Shown: in pieces, positions 1 through 10,822 of the stretch
How the letters are laid out: the number at the start of each line of letters is the position of its first letter
Position numbering within the stretch: the first letter of the stretch is position 1
DNA from: Lepidodermella squamata
Lineage: Eukaryota; Animalia; Gastrotricha
Length of the DNA: 64,000 bases
Direction: 5' to 3'
NCBI GenBank assembly: GCA_047495785.1
Contig: JBLDXI010000013.1
Span: 2,170,001-2,234,000, forward strand
Position numbers and translations under genes: made by a program
Notes under the pieces: generated by a model
What the model saw: the letters and a program-made list of their open reading frames with translations, nothing else
Told to the model about the DNA's origin: nothing
The model's database searches: none

Positions 1-47
1 AACAGCTACTACAACATCGCTCTTCATTCTACTTGGAGTAGTAAAAA

Positions 48-1181
48 ATGAAAATAATCGCATTGTTAGCCTTTCTCGGCGCCGTTGGTGCCATCCCCGA
101 GTACCAGAAACGCATCCCTCATGGCGATCAAGTCATTCACCCTTGTGACCCAACGAAACTATGGGGCCCTGTCGGCCACTGGGGACCGAATAGTTACGGA
201 AAAACGTCCCTGAACCCGTTTGGCAATGATTTCAAAAATGCTGGCCTTAATTGGCGAGCTGTCTGTAACCTCGACAGTGACGGCGATGGTTACACTAATG
301 GCGAGGAGCTGGGTGACCCAGACTGCCGCTTCGATGGCACCCCAGCCTCACTTGACCTCTATTACACCGAGTACACGAACCCGGGTGTCTGCGAGCCGGT
401 CAACTACCCTGGATGTAAGGACATCAACTCAGCCTTCCTGCTAGCTAACAACCCGGAATGTGCTGCTGCGATCAATGAAAAATGGCCTGGCCAGGGGTTC
501 AGCTGGAAATTAGGCGCTGCGGTGTGGAAGAGTAACCGGACGGCCACGCGCCCGCCGGCTCGTGACATCGCGAAAAATCTCGCAGATGCTAACAAACCAG
601 CCCCTGCTCCAGCGCCAGCAAACCGGAACCAACCAGCGCCCGCGCCCAACAATCGAAACCAGCCGGCTCCGGCACCTAACGGAAACCGGCCTGCCCCGGC
701 TAGCAACAGAACGGCGCCCGCCCCTGCACCAGCAAACCGGAATCAATCAGCCCCGGCTCCTGGAAACCGTAACCAGCCAGCTCCAGCCCCAGCGCCACCG
801 GCCGGCACAGCGCAAGGCATCCGAAATAACAACCAACCAGTCCCGGGACCAACTAATCGTAACCAGCCAGCTCCAGCTCCAGCTTCGACGAGCAACAGGA
901 CTGGCCCTGCGCCAAGGCCTGCTACTAACCGGAACCAAACAGCTCCGGCTTCCGGCCCAGCACCCAGCGGTAGTGTTGGAACCTGGAAGCTTCGCAAAGA
1001 TTGCTCTTGCTTCTGCCCGCGTGGCCCTGTTGATCCCGTTAATAATTCTATATTGAAGCTGGCAGGCGAAGGAATTAGGATTGGAACGCCAAGCTCGGAT
1101 TTTTCTCCTCGAACCGATAGAGACTCGCCCATCTATCCTTGTGTCTGCGCCTGTACGAAGGCTGGACTATGGACCCAGTGA
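48..1181 (+). CDS. Secreted temptin-domain protein, class I (temptin + NRNQPAPAP repeats + CxCxC bracket), intronless
   Basis: Single ORF with signal peptide MKIIALLAFLGAVGA. Temptin motifs HPCD..WGPVGHW..NPFGNDF..CNLDSDGDGYTNGEELGDPDC..PGVCEP, then Pro/Ala/Asn repeats, then WKLRKDCSCFC...CVCAC. Confidence 0.9.
   Translation: MKIIALLAFLGAVGAIPEYQKRIPHGDQVIHPCDPTKLWGPVGHWGPNSYGKTSLNPFGNDFKNAGLNWRAVCNLDSDGDGYTNGEELGDPDCRFDGTPASLDLYYTEYTNPGVCEPVNYPGCKDINSAFLLANNPECAAAINEKWPGQGFSWKLGAAVWKSNRTATRPPARDIAKNLADANKPAPAPAPANRNQPAPAPNNRNQPAPAPNGNRPAPASNRTAPAPAPANRNQSAPAPGNRNQPAPAPAPPAGTAQGIRNNNQPVPGPTNRNQPAPAPASTSNRTGPAPRPATNRNQTAPASGPAPSGSVGTWKLRKDCSCFCPRGPVDPVNNSILKLAGEGIRIGTPSSDFSPRTDRDSPIYPCVCACTKAGLWTQ
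590..960 (+). repeat. Coding imperfect tandem repeat encoding NRNQPAPAP-like units
   Basis: Repeated aaccggaaccaaccagcgcccgcgccc-like units inside the 48..1181 ORF. Confidence 0.8.
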
Positions 1182-2351
1182 TGCTCTCACGAGATGGCAA
1201 CATCGACAATCTCTCTCCACAGATTGTCCTGAACCCTTGACTCTTATTACTTCAATTTTTAAGGAAACACCGTTTTTTCATGTACGAATGAATGAATAGA
1301 ATAAGATACAGCTGCATTAAGAAATAAAAGGATGAAAAGCGAACATTATTTCATTGTTTATATCGGGCGTTGTTCTCTCAATTTTAAGGTACAAGAATTT
1401 GAACTGGTTTCCTATTTCAGCCGCAAGAATAATATTATTCTGGAGAAATCACCTGAATCGTTAGGATTGATGCGGATATCAAATTACGTGACCGACACGC
1501 TAAATCGTAATTATTAGCAGCAATCAATTATTTGATTTATTTATTTCGAATTAAAGGATTAAATCAGTCGAAGTTATCAATTATTCGAAATTACTCGTCA
1601 ATTTTATTCGAGTTTTATTTGCCAACCGAGAGAGTTCTCAATTCAGGACGCCTCTTCGTGCGTTCCGGAAAATTCGTTATTTTTTTCTAATTACTTCATC
1701 ACGGCTATTTTGTTTCGAAAACAAAAAAAATCTGACGGTTTAAAAAAGTTGGGGGTGTACCAAGAGATGAAAATAGCCGAGTGCTCGTAATTAATTGCTC
1801 GGTTTTCTGGCCTGTGTAGCACAAGTATATGAATCATAATTTCTGATAAAGAAAAACCCAACATTTATTTTATAACAATTAAGCCTTCAGCGGAAATCGG
1901 TTTCCAACTTGATTTGAAGCGAAAGAGGAAAGAGGAAGTGATGACAAGATGGATAATTTCAGCAGATTTTCAGCAGAGCGAATTCGCTATAAAACACCTT
2001 TTTTTATTGATATTGAAGCTAAAAAATCGAAAATCGGTAATTTTCCTCCTTTTGATCAAATCACTGAATGCTTTCTTCTAGCTGACCTTTTAATTTAGCT
2101 GCCCACATCTCAAAAAAACCGCAAAAAATTTCATTCAGGTGTTTCAAGTTTTTTTCCTTCCATTTTTTCGAGCGTCGACTGTTGTTCAGAAAAGCAATTA
2201 ATTATCACGATTATGATGAAGAGATGCGCGTGTGGGTTAGCTGGAGACTACTACGGCGATAAATAAATGCCCGGCAACACGCAAGCAAAAACTCGTGATT
2301 CTGCTCATTGTTTGTAATTAGTTTTTGTAGGAGAGTTGCGATAATAATAAT

Positions 2352-3188
2352 ATGTTAACCCCTCTGGTTTGTTTGACGCTGCTTGGCATCGCCGCGGCTA
2401 TCCCAGCGTTCCAGAAGCGAATCCCGTCCGGTGACATTGTCCCTCACCCATGCGACCCTGACAAGAAAATGTGGGGCCCAGTCGGCCATTTAGGCCCAAG
2501 CGACTACAGCAAGACCAAGTTGAACCCATTCGGCATTGATTTCAAGAACAAGAATCTCAACTGGAAAGCAGTTTGCGACATGGACAGCGACGGCGATGGT
2601 TGGACAAATGGCCAAGAGCTTGGCGATTCTAGTTGCCGTTTCGATGGCACTAATGGGGACGACCTTGACGCCTTCATAATCGGCATCGGCCATCCAGGCG
2701 TCTGCGAGCCTGTCAACTACCCGGGCTGTAAGAAAATAAACGAGTGGCTGGTGGCATCGAACCCTGAATGCGCTGCCGAGGTTAACAAGCCATTTGATGT
2801 TCAAATGTTGTTCAGGCTGGGACCTGGCGGAATCTGGCGACGCAACTTGACCGCTGTCCGCCCGGCTGAATCCCGTCCGGCCAACCCTGCACCAGCCCCG
2901 GCCAACAGAAATAACCCGGCACCTGCCCCGCCGGCAAATAGGAACAATCCGGCGCCAGCTCCGCCGACAAACAGGAATAACAATCCTGCCCCTGCCCCAG
3001 CCGGGCGCTCCAACTCGCAGTGGCAGTTGCGCAACGACTGTACTTGCTTCTGTAAGGACAATGGAGTTAGGAAGGGGCCAACCCAGGATCCTCCTTTCAC
3101 GCAATCGCCGGCTTTCAAGGACACGACGTACAACTCGCCGTTGAACGAATGCGTCTGCTCGTGCTCCAAAGCTGGCGCTGGACCTTGA
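2352..3188 (+). CDS. Secreted temptin-domain protein, class I, intronless
   Basis: Signal peptide; HPCD..WGPVGH..DSDGDGWTNGQELGDSSC..HPGVCEP; NRNNPAPAP repeats; WQLRNDCTCFC...CVCSC. Confidence 0.9.
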   Translation: MLTPLVCLTLLGIAAAIPAFQKRIPSGDIVPHPCDPDKKMWGPVGHLGPSDYSKTKLNPFGIDFKNKNLNWKAVCDMDSDGDGWTNGQELGDSSCRFDGTNGDDLDAFIIGIGHPGVCEPVNYPGCKKINEWLVASNPECAAEVNKPFDVQMLFRLGPGGIWRRNLTAVRPAESRPANPAPAPANRNNPAPAPPANRNNPAPAPPTNRNNNPAPAPAGRSNSQWQLRNDCTCFCKDNGVRKGPTQDPPFTQSPAFKDTTYNSPLNECVCSCSKAGAGP

Positions 3189-3941
3189 ATTAATCGATGA
3201 ACAGGAAAAATTTACAATCCAAGGAAACTTTTGTATCTAATATCATGATAAGGGTTGAATTATTCATATCTGTTTTAAATGGTAAGCAGCTGATTTAAGC
3301 TGATGCGCTCTCGTAATTTCAATATTTCACGAAAGGAAGAGAAAGTTAATAAAATGACAACAAGGTGAGCTTTCTCACTGGCGAAGATCTTTCGTTGAAT
3401 TTTCGATTGGAGCCGATTCATTTACGAAAGGAAAATTAATAACTCTTTTTCACTGCGATTTGACGGTATTTCAGGCTTAGCTCATGCTCATAAAATAAAC
3501 GAGTCCAAGTGCTTCATGGGAACTCACAAAATTCCCGTATTTTGTTGAATGTTAGTGTTTCAATCTTGAGCATCCTCGAAAAGTGCTGGCCATGGGACAA
3601 GCTGGACCTGGATGACTGGACAGGTCTATATGACCGGTCATGCCAGTTTAATCGGCCACGTGTTGTATGACCCAATATTCGACCGCGTATTTTTTAAGTT
3701 GGGATTTAAGTTGGAATGCGCAAATAATTTCATTCAATTATCGCTCGTTTCTCGAATCTTGCAGATTATACACTTCTGACAAAGTGCCACTGATGAAATT
3801 TCAATAATTCAAATATTGGAGCCCTGTGGGACCGGGATTTAATTTAAATCAGGAGAAAAAATATAGAAAATCATTGCTGATAGGTCACTGATTATTTGTC
3901 ACGGTTTAATTGTCACTGACGAATATTCTCTCGATGGAATG

Positions 3942-6862
3942 TCACTGATGAAAAGCCACTCGGGATTTGTTGCTGAATTGATGTAATGCTGACAATTGCT
4001 GGGAAGTCACTGCTAAACAAGGGGGTAAATTAGGCATGCAAGAGGAAAACTTTTCAATTCTCCCACCTACCTGGCCTGTACGGTTTTGTCGTTGCTGCAG
4101 CTGTGGTCGTGCTAATGAAAGGGTCTGGAGAGAACGGGGATAATGAATCATTAGTAAATTAAATTAGTAAATTGATGGGTTTAAGGTACTCTGATCTCAT
4201 CTGGATCTAGCGAAACTAAGGTGGTAACAGTTTGGATTTCATTAAAAGTTGTGTAGCTACTGATTCTATCGCTGGCTGGCTTATTTATAGACGCTAATTA
4301 AACGGCCGAAAACTTACTCAGCAAATCGTAAAATCTAGCGACTCGGTCGGTAGATGCCAGCGATTCTGTTGAAACTCGGCAAGCGACACGATAATCATTT
4401 TCCAGGCGATTTCTCACGATTTGTGAGTAGATTAGACGGCAATCAGAGGCGTTGAGCATATAAAGTTCGGGATAATTTGGCACATTTCCATCGGCGTACG
4501 ATGGCTGGAAAGTCGTGTAAAATGACCATTCGTACTTGAGATTCTCAGTTTGAGGGCAAATCGCCGCACTGCAAGTAAAAACGCAGTCGCCTTGTTTCGC
4601 GAAAGGGTAAGTCACTGAATCATTTGCTTGAATGACTTTGATATCTGAGATTATAGGATCGAATGAGAAGTTGACTTGAAAGGGAACCCGGTCAGTTTGG
4701 GTCCCTGCCAAAGTAACGACAGCTGTAGCCTTGATGGCACAAATGCGATTTTGAACAAGATTTTCGCGAGTGAAATGATAGCGGTATCGATTTCCGGCAG
4801 GCCAAACCCTAAAATCGGGTTGTAAGAGACTTAGTGGAACCAGTGAATCCACAATTATCTGATTGGTCGGGTGGTTTCGAGTCTGTGATTGGTTGGTTGG
4901 TTCGAAGAGCACGCGACACGTACCATTTCTTCTGTGATTGCATTTTCTATGATCTAGTAGAGTGGATTCCACTTAGAAGGTAGGGTTGTGACTCAGTGGA
5001 CGAAGCGTCTGATTAAGTGTCTGAAGATGAGAGGTTCGACTCTTAGCAGCTTCGAAATATTTTTAATCCAGAAGTAATACCAGTAAGGAAATATAAAATG
5101 TAGCAGTACACTTCTCAGTCTCAGCCTGGTTAGCTCAGTCGGTAGAGCATGGGACTCTTAATCCCAGGGTCGTGGGTTCGAGCCCCACATCGGGCGGTTG
5201 TACATTTTTGGCCAATACGCATGTATGCGCTTTGAAAGTTAGTTTTTTTAGTTCAGCTTTAAAATTTGGATTAGCTCAAATTGTGGAGCGCTCGCTAAAC
5301 ATTCGAGAGGCAATGGGATCTGCACCCGTATCCTACAAACGATTTTTTTGCCACGAATGCTTCGGCAGCTTAAATTTGGGACTGAATGGCCTTCTAAGCC
5401 AAAAGGGAAAGTAGCTTAGTGATAGCGTATCTGCCCAGTTAGCAAAATATTGAAGGTTCGATCCCTCTAAGCCTTGCTCGATTTTTTGCGATGAGCAGTG
5501 ATTTTTGCAAAAAACCTCACTTCAAAGCAAAACTTTCCCTGACCGGGAATCGAACCCGGGCCGCCGCGGTGAAAGCGCGGAATCCTAACCACTAGACCAT
5601 CAGGGAGATGTGAAATTAAATGCTTGGATTATGTGATCAATTTTCAATAGCTTGTTGAAATTTAAATGAAGACAAAACGAGTGGGCCCGTTCGGGAATTG
5701 AACCCGAGACCTCTCGCACCCGAAGCGAGAATCATACACCTAGACCAACGGGCCTGTGATAGAAAACCCCCATGGGCTTCTAACATGGCAATTAGGATAC
5801 GCCAAAGACAGCGCAAAAAGGTACGCCGAGACCCGGGATCGAACCAGGGACCTTTAGATCTTCAGTCTAACGCTCTCCCAACTGAGCTATCTCGGCTAGA
5901 TGGCAGAAGGGTAATCACTTACCGCGACATTTAATATTTTAAAATCGCAGAAAATAATTAAATGGTGCGTTTCGCGTGCTCTTCGAACCAACCAATCACA
6001 GACTTGAAACCACCCAACCAATCAGATAATTGTGGATTCACTGGTTCCACTAAGGAGAATGAAATAATACGCAGATGATACGAACATACCCGATCTGAAA
6101 ATTCGCCGGACCTTGACCGTCTTCCACAACAAAACTATAAGTTCCATTACTAGGCGAAAATTCAGGAACGGTGAAGGAGAAATCGCTGCCGTACGGTGGA
6201 GGGAAAGGGTTGTAACCTCTGCCTACTCCGATCGCAATTTGACAGTCTCCAAACCGCAGATCAATTGTTCCATTGTAGGCGAAAGTATCTGCCCCACTGA
6301 ACCCAGTAAGTCGTGAAAGAGAAACGGGAGGAAAATCTGGAGGGTCCACATCTACGCTAAGGATCCTTGGATTGACTAAAATAAAGAAAATAAGGAACAT
6401 AAAAACAAGCCGGTAACACCTAATTGAATTTACCTCCAATGTTGACATTGTTCGCGTATGACGAATTTGAAGTTTTATAAACAGTCAGAGTGTCCGAACA
6501 GAAGCCGTAGTAGTGATCATTGATTTTGTAGGATTGCCCGTTGAAACGTATCGACGAAGGCTCCAGTGTCACATAGCCAGATTGCGGATTGTTAATGCAA
6601 GTAGCGCCAATGAAACAGGTATTAGGAGTAGTCTTCTTAAAAATTAACATTCCAACACAGGGAGGTGAGAATGTAAATGTAACAGTGGAAGTTTCTCTGT
6701 AATTGATCCATTGCGGCTGGACAGTGATATTGAAAACAGCATTTTGTGCTAAAACAAAGGGTTGAATGAACCTTTTCTAGAGTAAGGATAGCAGCGCATA
6801 CCTGTGACGATTTGTCCCACACATAACAGCAACAGCAGCGCTACAAAAACGGGCGGTTGCAT
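3942..6862 (-). CDS. Multi-exon secreted protein made of the unrecognised N-terminal module shared with the 48066 and 60040 LDLR-like genes; no LDLa repeats or TM segment seen
   Basis: ATG at 6862 gives MQPPVFVALLLLLCVGQIVT. Exons encode ITVQPQWINY..FTFSPPC, VNPRILSVDV..GTYSF and CVFTCSAAICP..YMLNASDC..YRVACRV..FYDLL, all aligning with the paralogs. Intron 6089->4809 joins in frame (FQIG|GVWPAG). The 3' exons below ~4310 and the stop at 3942 are tentative. Confidence 0.7.
4982..5054 (+). pseudogene. Degenerate tRNA gene (Arg-like body)
   Basis: tRNA-length segment with A-box-like tgactcagtgg, gcgtctga, gaagat and B-box ggttcgactc. Stems are broken; a T-run follows. Confidence 0.55.
5124..5196 (+). 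tRNA. tRNA-Lys(CTT)
   Basis: GCCTGGTTAGCTCAGTCGGTAGAGCATGGGACTCTTAATCCCAGGGTCGTGGGTTCGAGCCCCACATCGGGCG: canonical 73-nt cloverleaf, TTTTT downstream. Confidence 0.95.
5265..5337 (+). pseudogene. Degenerate tRNA-Ala-like gene
   Basis: ttagctcaaattgtggagcgctcgctaaacattcgagaggcaatgggatc resembles eukaryotic tRNA-Ala(AGC), with a mutated anticodon loop, T-loop and acceptor stem. Confidence 0.7.
5405..5476 (+). pseudogene. Highly degenerate tRNA gene, isotype unclear
   Basis: A-box-like tagcttagtgatag and B-box ggttcgatccc at tRNA spacing, in register with the ~141-bp period; T-run downstream. Confidence 0.5.
5535..5606 (-). tRNA. tRNA-Glu(TTC)
   Basis: Reverse complement TCCCTGATGGTCTAGTGGTTAGGATTCCGCGCTTTCACCGCGGCGGCCCGGGTTCGATTCCCGGTCAGGGAA, 72 nt. 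Confidence 0.95.
5683..5754 (-). tRNA. tRNA-Pro(CGG)
   Basis: Reverse complement GGCCCGTTGGTCTAGGTGTATGATTCTCGCTTCGGGTGCGAGAGGTCTCGGGTTCAATTCCCGAACGGGCCC, 72 nt. Confidence 0.93.
5824..5896 (-). tRNA. tRNA-Phe(GAA)
   Basis: Reverse complement GCCGAGATAGCTCAGTTGGGAGAGCGTTAGACTGAAGATCTAAAGGTCCCTGGTTCGATCCCGGGTCTCGGCG, 73 nt. Confidence 0.95.
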
Positions 6863-7354
6863 CAGTTATTCAACTTCTAAATATCACATGTAGTAAGTCA
6901 CATGTACAAATAAAGGATTATTCTATAGCTAGACAAGGAGAAATATAATTTCCCCCTGATCTGGAACCCCGAGCTCGTTTGGCTGAACCGAATCGAGGCT
7001 ATCAAGCTTCTTCTGAGTTATTCCGCGGTGAATTTAACAAAATCCGACATTCAAAACGGTTAACAATTTTAGAATATTATAATTTTTCTAAATGGTTGTC
7101 ATTCGCGATCTTAAAGTTCTTTTACTTCCCACCCGCCCATTGCAGGCAAGGCACAAAAAATCCGGTAAGACTCCTCTTTCCAACGGTTGTAGTCTCGCAA
7201 AATATTCCACGAATAAGCGGAATGGCAAATAAAAAACTTAAACCAAAATTTACGCGACAGGCTGTAATTTCTACTCTTGACACTTGGAAAGGTCAGGGAC
7301 CGATTTGTTGGGTCAAAAAAACAAAAAACATAGAATCAAAGGGAATAATGTCTG

Positions 7355-7387
7355 TCGTCAGCCGTCCCCTAAACCCGGGTAAGGCTT
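7355..7387 (+). mobile_element. 3' terminus of an RTE-like LINE (or its SINE partner)
   Basis: tcgtcagccgtcccctaaacccgggtaaggctt matches the 3' end of the RTE fragment at 22187-22223, in opposite orientation. Confidence 0.65.
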
Positions 7388-9280
7388 CTTCTACTCTGCG
7401 TAATATTAAATATATTAACATCACATGCCTATACGGAGGACGAAAAATAAAAAATCATTTGGTCATTTGGTCATTTGGAATGAATAACGCCATTTTGGTT
7501 ACCTAGCCAATTAGTTGTTTTGTTTCAGATAAATAAATGTCAGGCCCGAAATAAATGTCAGTCCATTTTAAATGTCAGGGGTTCATCAACGTTTGAAAAA
7601 AACAAAGGTCATGGTTTTTGTTCCAGGCAGTACGGTAAGTTAATGAAATGAAATAATACCTACATATTAACGCAATTTTATGTTTAATCATTGGAAACCT
7701 ATCACGGATTCATGGCAATGAATTTTACTGCAGTCTGTGACGATAAAAACCTACATAGCCCTAATGCACACGTTTCTACAACGAGTAGTGATTGTGGAAA
7801 GCGGAAAGCATCTTGCCGCCCTGTTGAGCTGAAAGTTTAAACAAAATATAAGAAAGTATTTCGGACTAAGTACGGGCGGTAAAATTGACAAAAAAGTTAA
7901 ACAAGCTTAGAGGTTCCTTCTGCCAACGATATACCCTTATAGGTTCCTTCAACGTTCAACTGACAAGCTTTAGCGGTTGAGATTACCGATACTAAAATTG
8001 CCGTTGTTGCGGAACTGCAACGCTCAAATACCTTACGGGAGGCCGAGAAATTGGCAATATAATGCTAAGATATTACTTAGCTATTACTTTTAAGTCATTT
8101 CGTGGCCAATTGCTTATATATTGACAAGATAAGCAATATTTCTTGACGTTTGGATAATAAAAAGCAATACTTGAGTATTATTTCAGCAATATATTACTTG
8201 TATATTAGTCATCTATTCTTTGTCTCTCCATTTTTACACGTTGAAAACCGCTTCTCACTTGTCACCCGTGACCTTGAAGCGGATGTAAACGAGCCTTAAT
8301 CCGAGTTTTATTCAACGACGCCAACGACATATTTAATTATTTAAATTTCTTGTAACAATTCTGTTTCCTGCTAAGGAATAATCATAGTTTTGAAAAGAAT
8401 CCAATTTTTTATTCAGAATTTGTGACATTAAAACAGAAATATTTTAGTAAATATTTAGAAATGTTTGCTCGTTGCGATACCAAAATTAACTGTAGCGGAA
8501 CCATATTTCAATAATTGACAATATACTCACTGAGCCGATATTGTTACCGTAGTTACCGAAATACTAACCAGGGCTTATACCTCGAAATGAAATAGGTACC
8601 TCGAAAAATAGGGAAAAGTAGGCTTCTATTCAAGACTAGGCTTATTTGAGATAGGCTTACGCAACCAAGACCTGACTTTATTTTCGGTCTTTCAATCATG
8701 AAACTCATCAAATTTTAATTATTAGTTATTAGTTATTAGCTAGGTCGTCTAATAGCTAAATCATTATGAACGCTACAATAAAAATCATCGTAAATAATCG
8801 ATTATTAAATATCTACTGGCATTTTTCGTTTTTAAATACCGTTCATTCACTATTTGAGATAGGACAATGCATCGACGAATTTCAATTTACATAGGCTTCT
8901 AAACGAGGATGGGCTAACTACGGCATTTGTGTTGTTATTTTCCTACATATTTTCCTAAATAAAATAGGGGTAACACATCAACAGCTGTACAATGCTGAGC
9001 CATCCAATTTTTCGTTCTTTCTTCTATTTCTCACCAGTAAACCAGAATTACTATGGCTACTGTCGTGACGCGTTGAAATCTCAGACGTAGCGCTCAGAAT
9101 TAATGTTATTTCGCCGATTGCCGCGCAGTAGATGTTTGGGCAATAAACGAGCTTCCACACTACGTTCAGCGCTGGATGCTAACGTTTTTATTACAGCTAT
9201 TTTTTCAATTTTTCGAAACATCGTTTTTTGCGTAATAAAACCGACCGGCGATGACTTCAGCCGTTGAACGTATACTAGAT

Positions 9281-9370
9281 AAAAACGTGTTCAAGAGGCG
9301 AAATTTGCTGGCATGACTTAATGAGGATGCCTATAAAGCTGCCAGAATTTTGTCTGCGCCAGGTCAGTTT
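9281..9370 (+). promoter_or_regulatory. Core promoter: AAACGTGTTC, TGGCATGAnTTAA, TATAAA (9332), TCAGTT Inr (9364)
   Basis: TATA-Inr spacing is ~32 nt. The same motifs occur in the same order upstream of 10823 and 14839. Confidence 0.7.
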
Positions 9371-9394
9371 TCATTGTCAACACTATTTTACAAC

Positions 9395-10420
9395 ATGCTG
9401 AAAACGGCAGTTGTGATAGCTCTGTTCGGGGCTGCTTCAATTGATGCTATACCATCGTTTCAAGATCTTATTCCCAATGGAGCCAACGTGCCGCACCCAT
9501 GTTCAACCGCTAAGTGGGGCCCAGTCGGCCACTGGGGCCCGAGAAAGTACGGCAAGCAGTTTCTGAATCCGTTCGGGAAAGACTTCGCTAACAACCGCGA
9601 CTGGAAGGTTTTGTGCAAACTGGACAGCGACCGAGACGGTTGGGCTAATGGCGAAGAGCTCGGCGATCCTGATTGCAAGTTCGAAAACAAGAACAATTGG
9701 GTTGCTTATTCCACAGGCGAGATTACGCACCCGGGTGTCTGCGAACCGGTCAACCACCCTGGTTGTAAGGAGATCAACCGAGAGTTTCTCGAGCCAAACA
9801 GCGCTGAATGTCGGCCGAAGATAAACACTACTTATACGACGAATACGACTTACACCCGTCGTAGAGGATCTTGGCGAACGGCTGCAGGTGCCAGCACCCC
9901 GACTGGTTCTGCTAGGTCCGGATTCAATACCACTGGAAACGCAACAGGTCCCCAGTGGAAACTAAGGGAGAGCTGCACTTGTTACTGCCTGGATAAACCA
10001 CCAAGAAATGAATCTGCCGGAAATTGGTGGGATAGGCGCCCGTCAGTTGATGACAACGACGATGATGGCGATGAAGATGATGATGATGATGACGTCGATA
10101 GCGAAGATGGAGTAGACGCCCCTCGTACCTTGAGTGGAGGAAACGGCCAGAAGGGTCAGAGGGGTGCTCGTGGCAATAACCAGCAAGGAAATCGCGGTGG
10201 AAATAATGACCGAAGTGGTGGTCGAGATAGAGGCGACCGCGGCGGCCGTGACCAGCAGCGAGGACCGCCTCCGCCCAGGGGACCACCTCCACCACCAAGA
10301 GATGGCGGAAGAATGCCAGACCCGCCTGCTATCAACTCCACTACCGCATTCACTGACGGCACCAACGATGCTCCGATCCGCGACTGCATCTGCGCCTGTG
10401 CCAAGCAGAACACTCCATAA
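9395..10420 (+). CDS. Secreted temptin-domain protein, class I, with acidic and RG-rich loop; intronless
   Basis: First ATG at 9395 (MLKTAVVIALFGAASIDA). Temptin motifs, then WKLRESCTCYC - poly-D - RG/NQ-rich - PPP - CICAC. Confidence 0.9.
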   Translation: MLKTAVVIALFGAASIDAIPSFQDLIPNGANVPHPCSTAKWGPVGHWGPRKYGKQFLNPFGKDFANNRDWKVLCKLDSDRDGWANGEELGDPDCKFENKNNWVAYSTGEITHPGVCEPVNHPGCKEINREFLEPNSAECRPKINTTYTTNTTYTRRRGSWRTAAGASTPTGSARSGFNTTGNATGPQWKLRESCTCYCLDKPPRNESAGNWWDRRPSVDDNDDDGDEDDDDDDVDSEDGVDAPRTLSGGNGQKGQRGARGNNQQGNRGGNNDRSGGRDRGDRGGRDQQRGPPPPRGPPPPPRDGGRMPDPPAINSTTAFTDGTNDAPIRDCICACAKQNTP

Positions 10421-10710
10421 ACTCACGAATTTTTTATTTAATACAAAGAATTTGAAATAAACCAAATTTCTCGGTGACGCGACTATGTGAGTAGATTAAA
10501 ACCTCTCTGTGTTCCGACAGCCTTTCCTATATGGTTTTTTCCACTAGCTTGTTGTCAGCTCTCCGTGGCGCTGTAACTCACCGCCTTACTAATAGCAAGT
10601 ATTTTCTAGAATTTTCAAAAGAGACACCGTCATGTTTTGCGTCATAAAACCGCCGATTACTCGTGCTGTAACGGCAGAGTTACCATGGGCCGTCAATAAC
10701 AAAGTGATGA

Positions 10711-10810
10711 GAAACGTGTTCACGGGGCGCGACTATCGTGTCGTTGGCATGAGTTAACGACTCCTGCTATAAAACTGTCGGAGTACTGTCTTCGCTAGGT
10801 TATTTCAGCT
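10711..10810 (+). promoter_or_regulatory. Core promoter of 10823 gene (AAACGTGTTC, TGGCATGAGTTAA, TATAAAA 10768)
   Basis: Conserved with the promoters at 9281 and 14708. Confidence 0.7.
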
Positions 10811-10822
10811 ATACTTACTACC

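Larger units (their letters stand above)
4834..6050. mobile_element. Non-autonomous DNA-transposon-like element with ~92-bp TIRs and TA flanks, carrying a tRNA gene cluster
   Basis: 4834-4928 (gtggaaccagtgaatccacaattatctgattgg...gtaccattt) is the reverse complement of 5960-6050 apart from 4 substitutions and one 4-nt indel. TA lies at 4832-4833 and 6051-6052. No transposase ORF. Confidence 0.8.

Noticed and set aside
220-3169. Overlapping alternative-frame and antisense ORFs over the first two temptin genes (also over 9395-11797, 14839-15654, 40333-41466 and 54466-55026)
   Set aside because: These are shadows of GC-rich repetitive coding sequence, with no signal peptide or family motifs of their own.
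4834-4972. N-terminal part of ORF 4298-4972 (MESTLLDH...)
   Set aside because: It reads through the TIR and intron; the real exon starts at the acceptor at 4808.
5172-5934. ORFs 5172-5414 and 5698-5934
   Set aside because: They are translations of tRNA genes.
6979-7506. 175-aa ORF
   Set aside because: TTG start, no recognisable motif, and it overlaps a retroelement 3' end; probably decayed TE sequence.
7500-8950. AT-rich region with short repeated motifs (aaatgtcagg, taggctt, ttaccg)
   Set aside because: It looks like DNA-transposon debris, but I could not pair termini or define boundaries.
9350-9394. ORF-track TTG start for the third temptin gene (likewise GTG 15877 and TTG 39024)
   Set aside because: In a eukaryote the downstream ATG (9395, 15913, 39006) directly begins the signal peptide.
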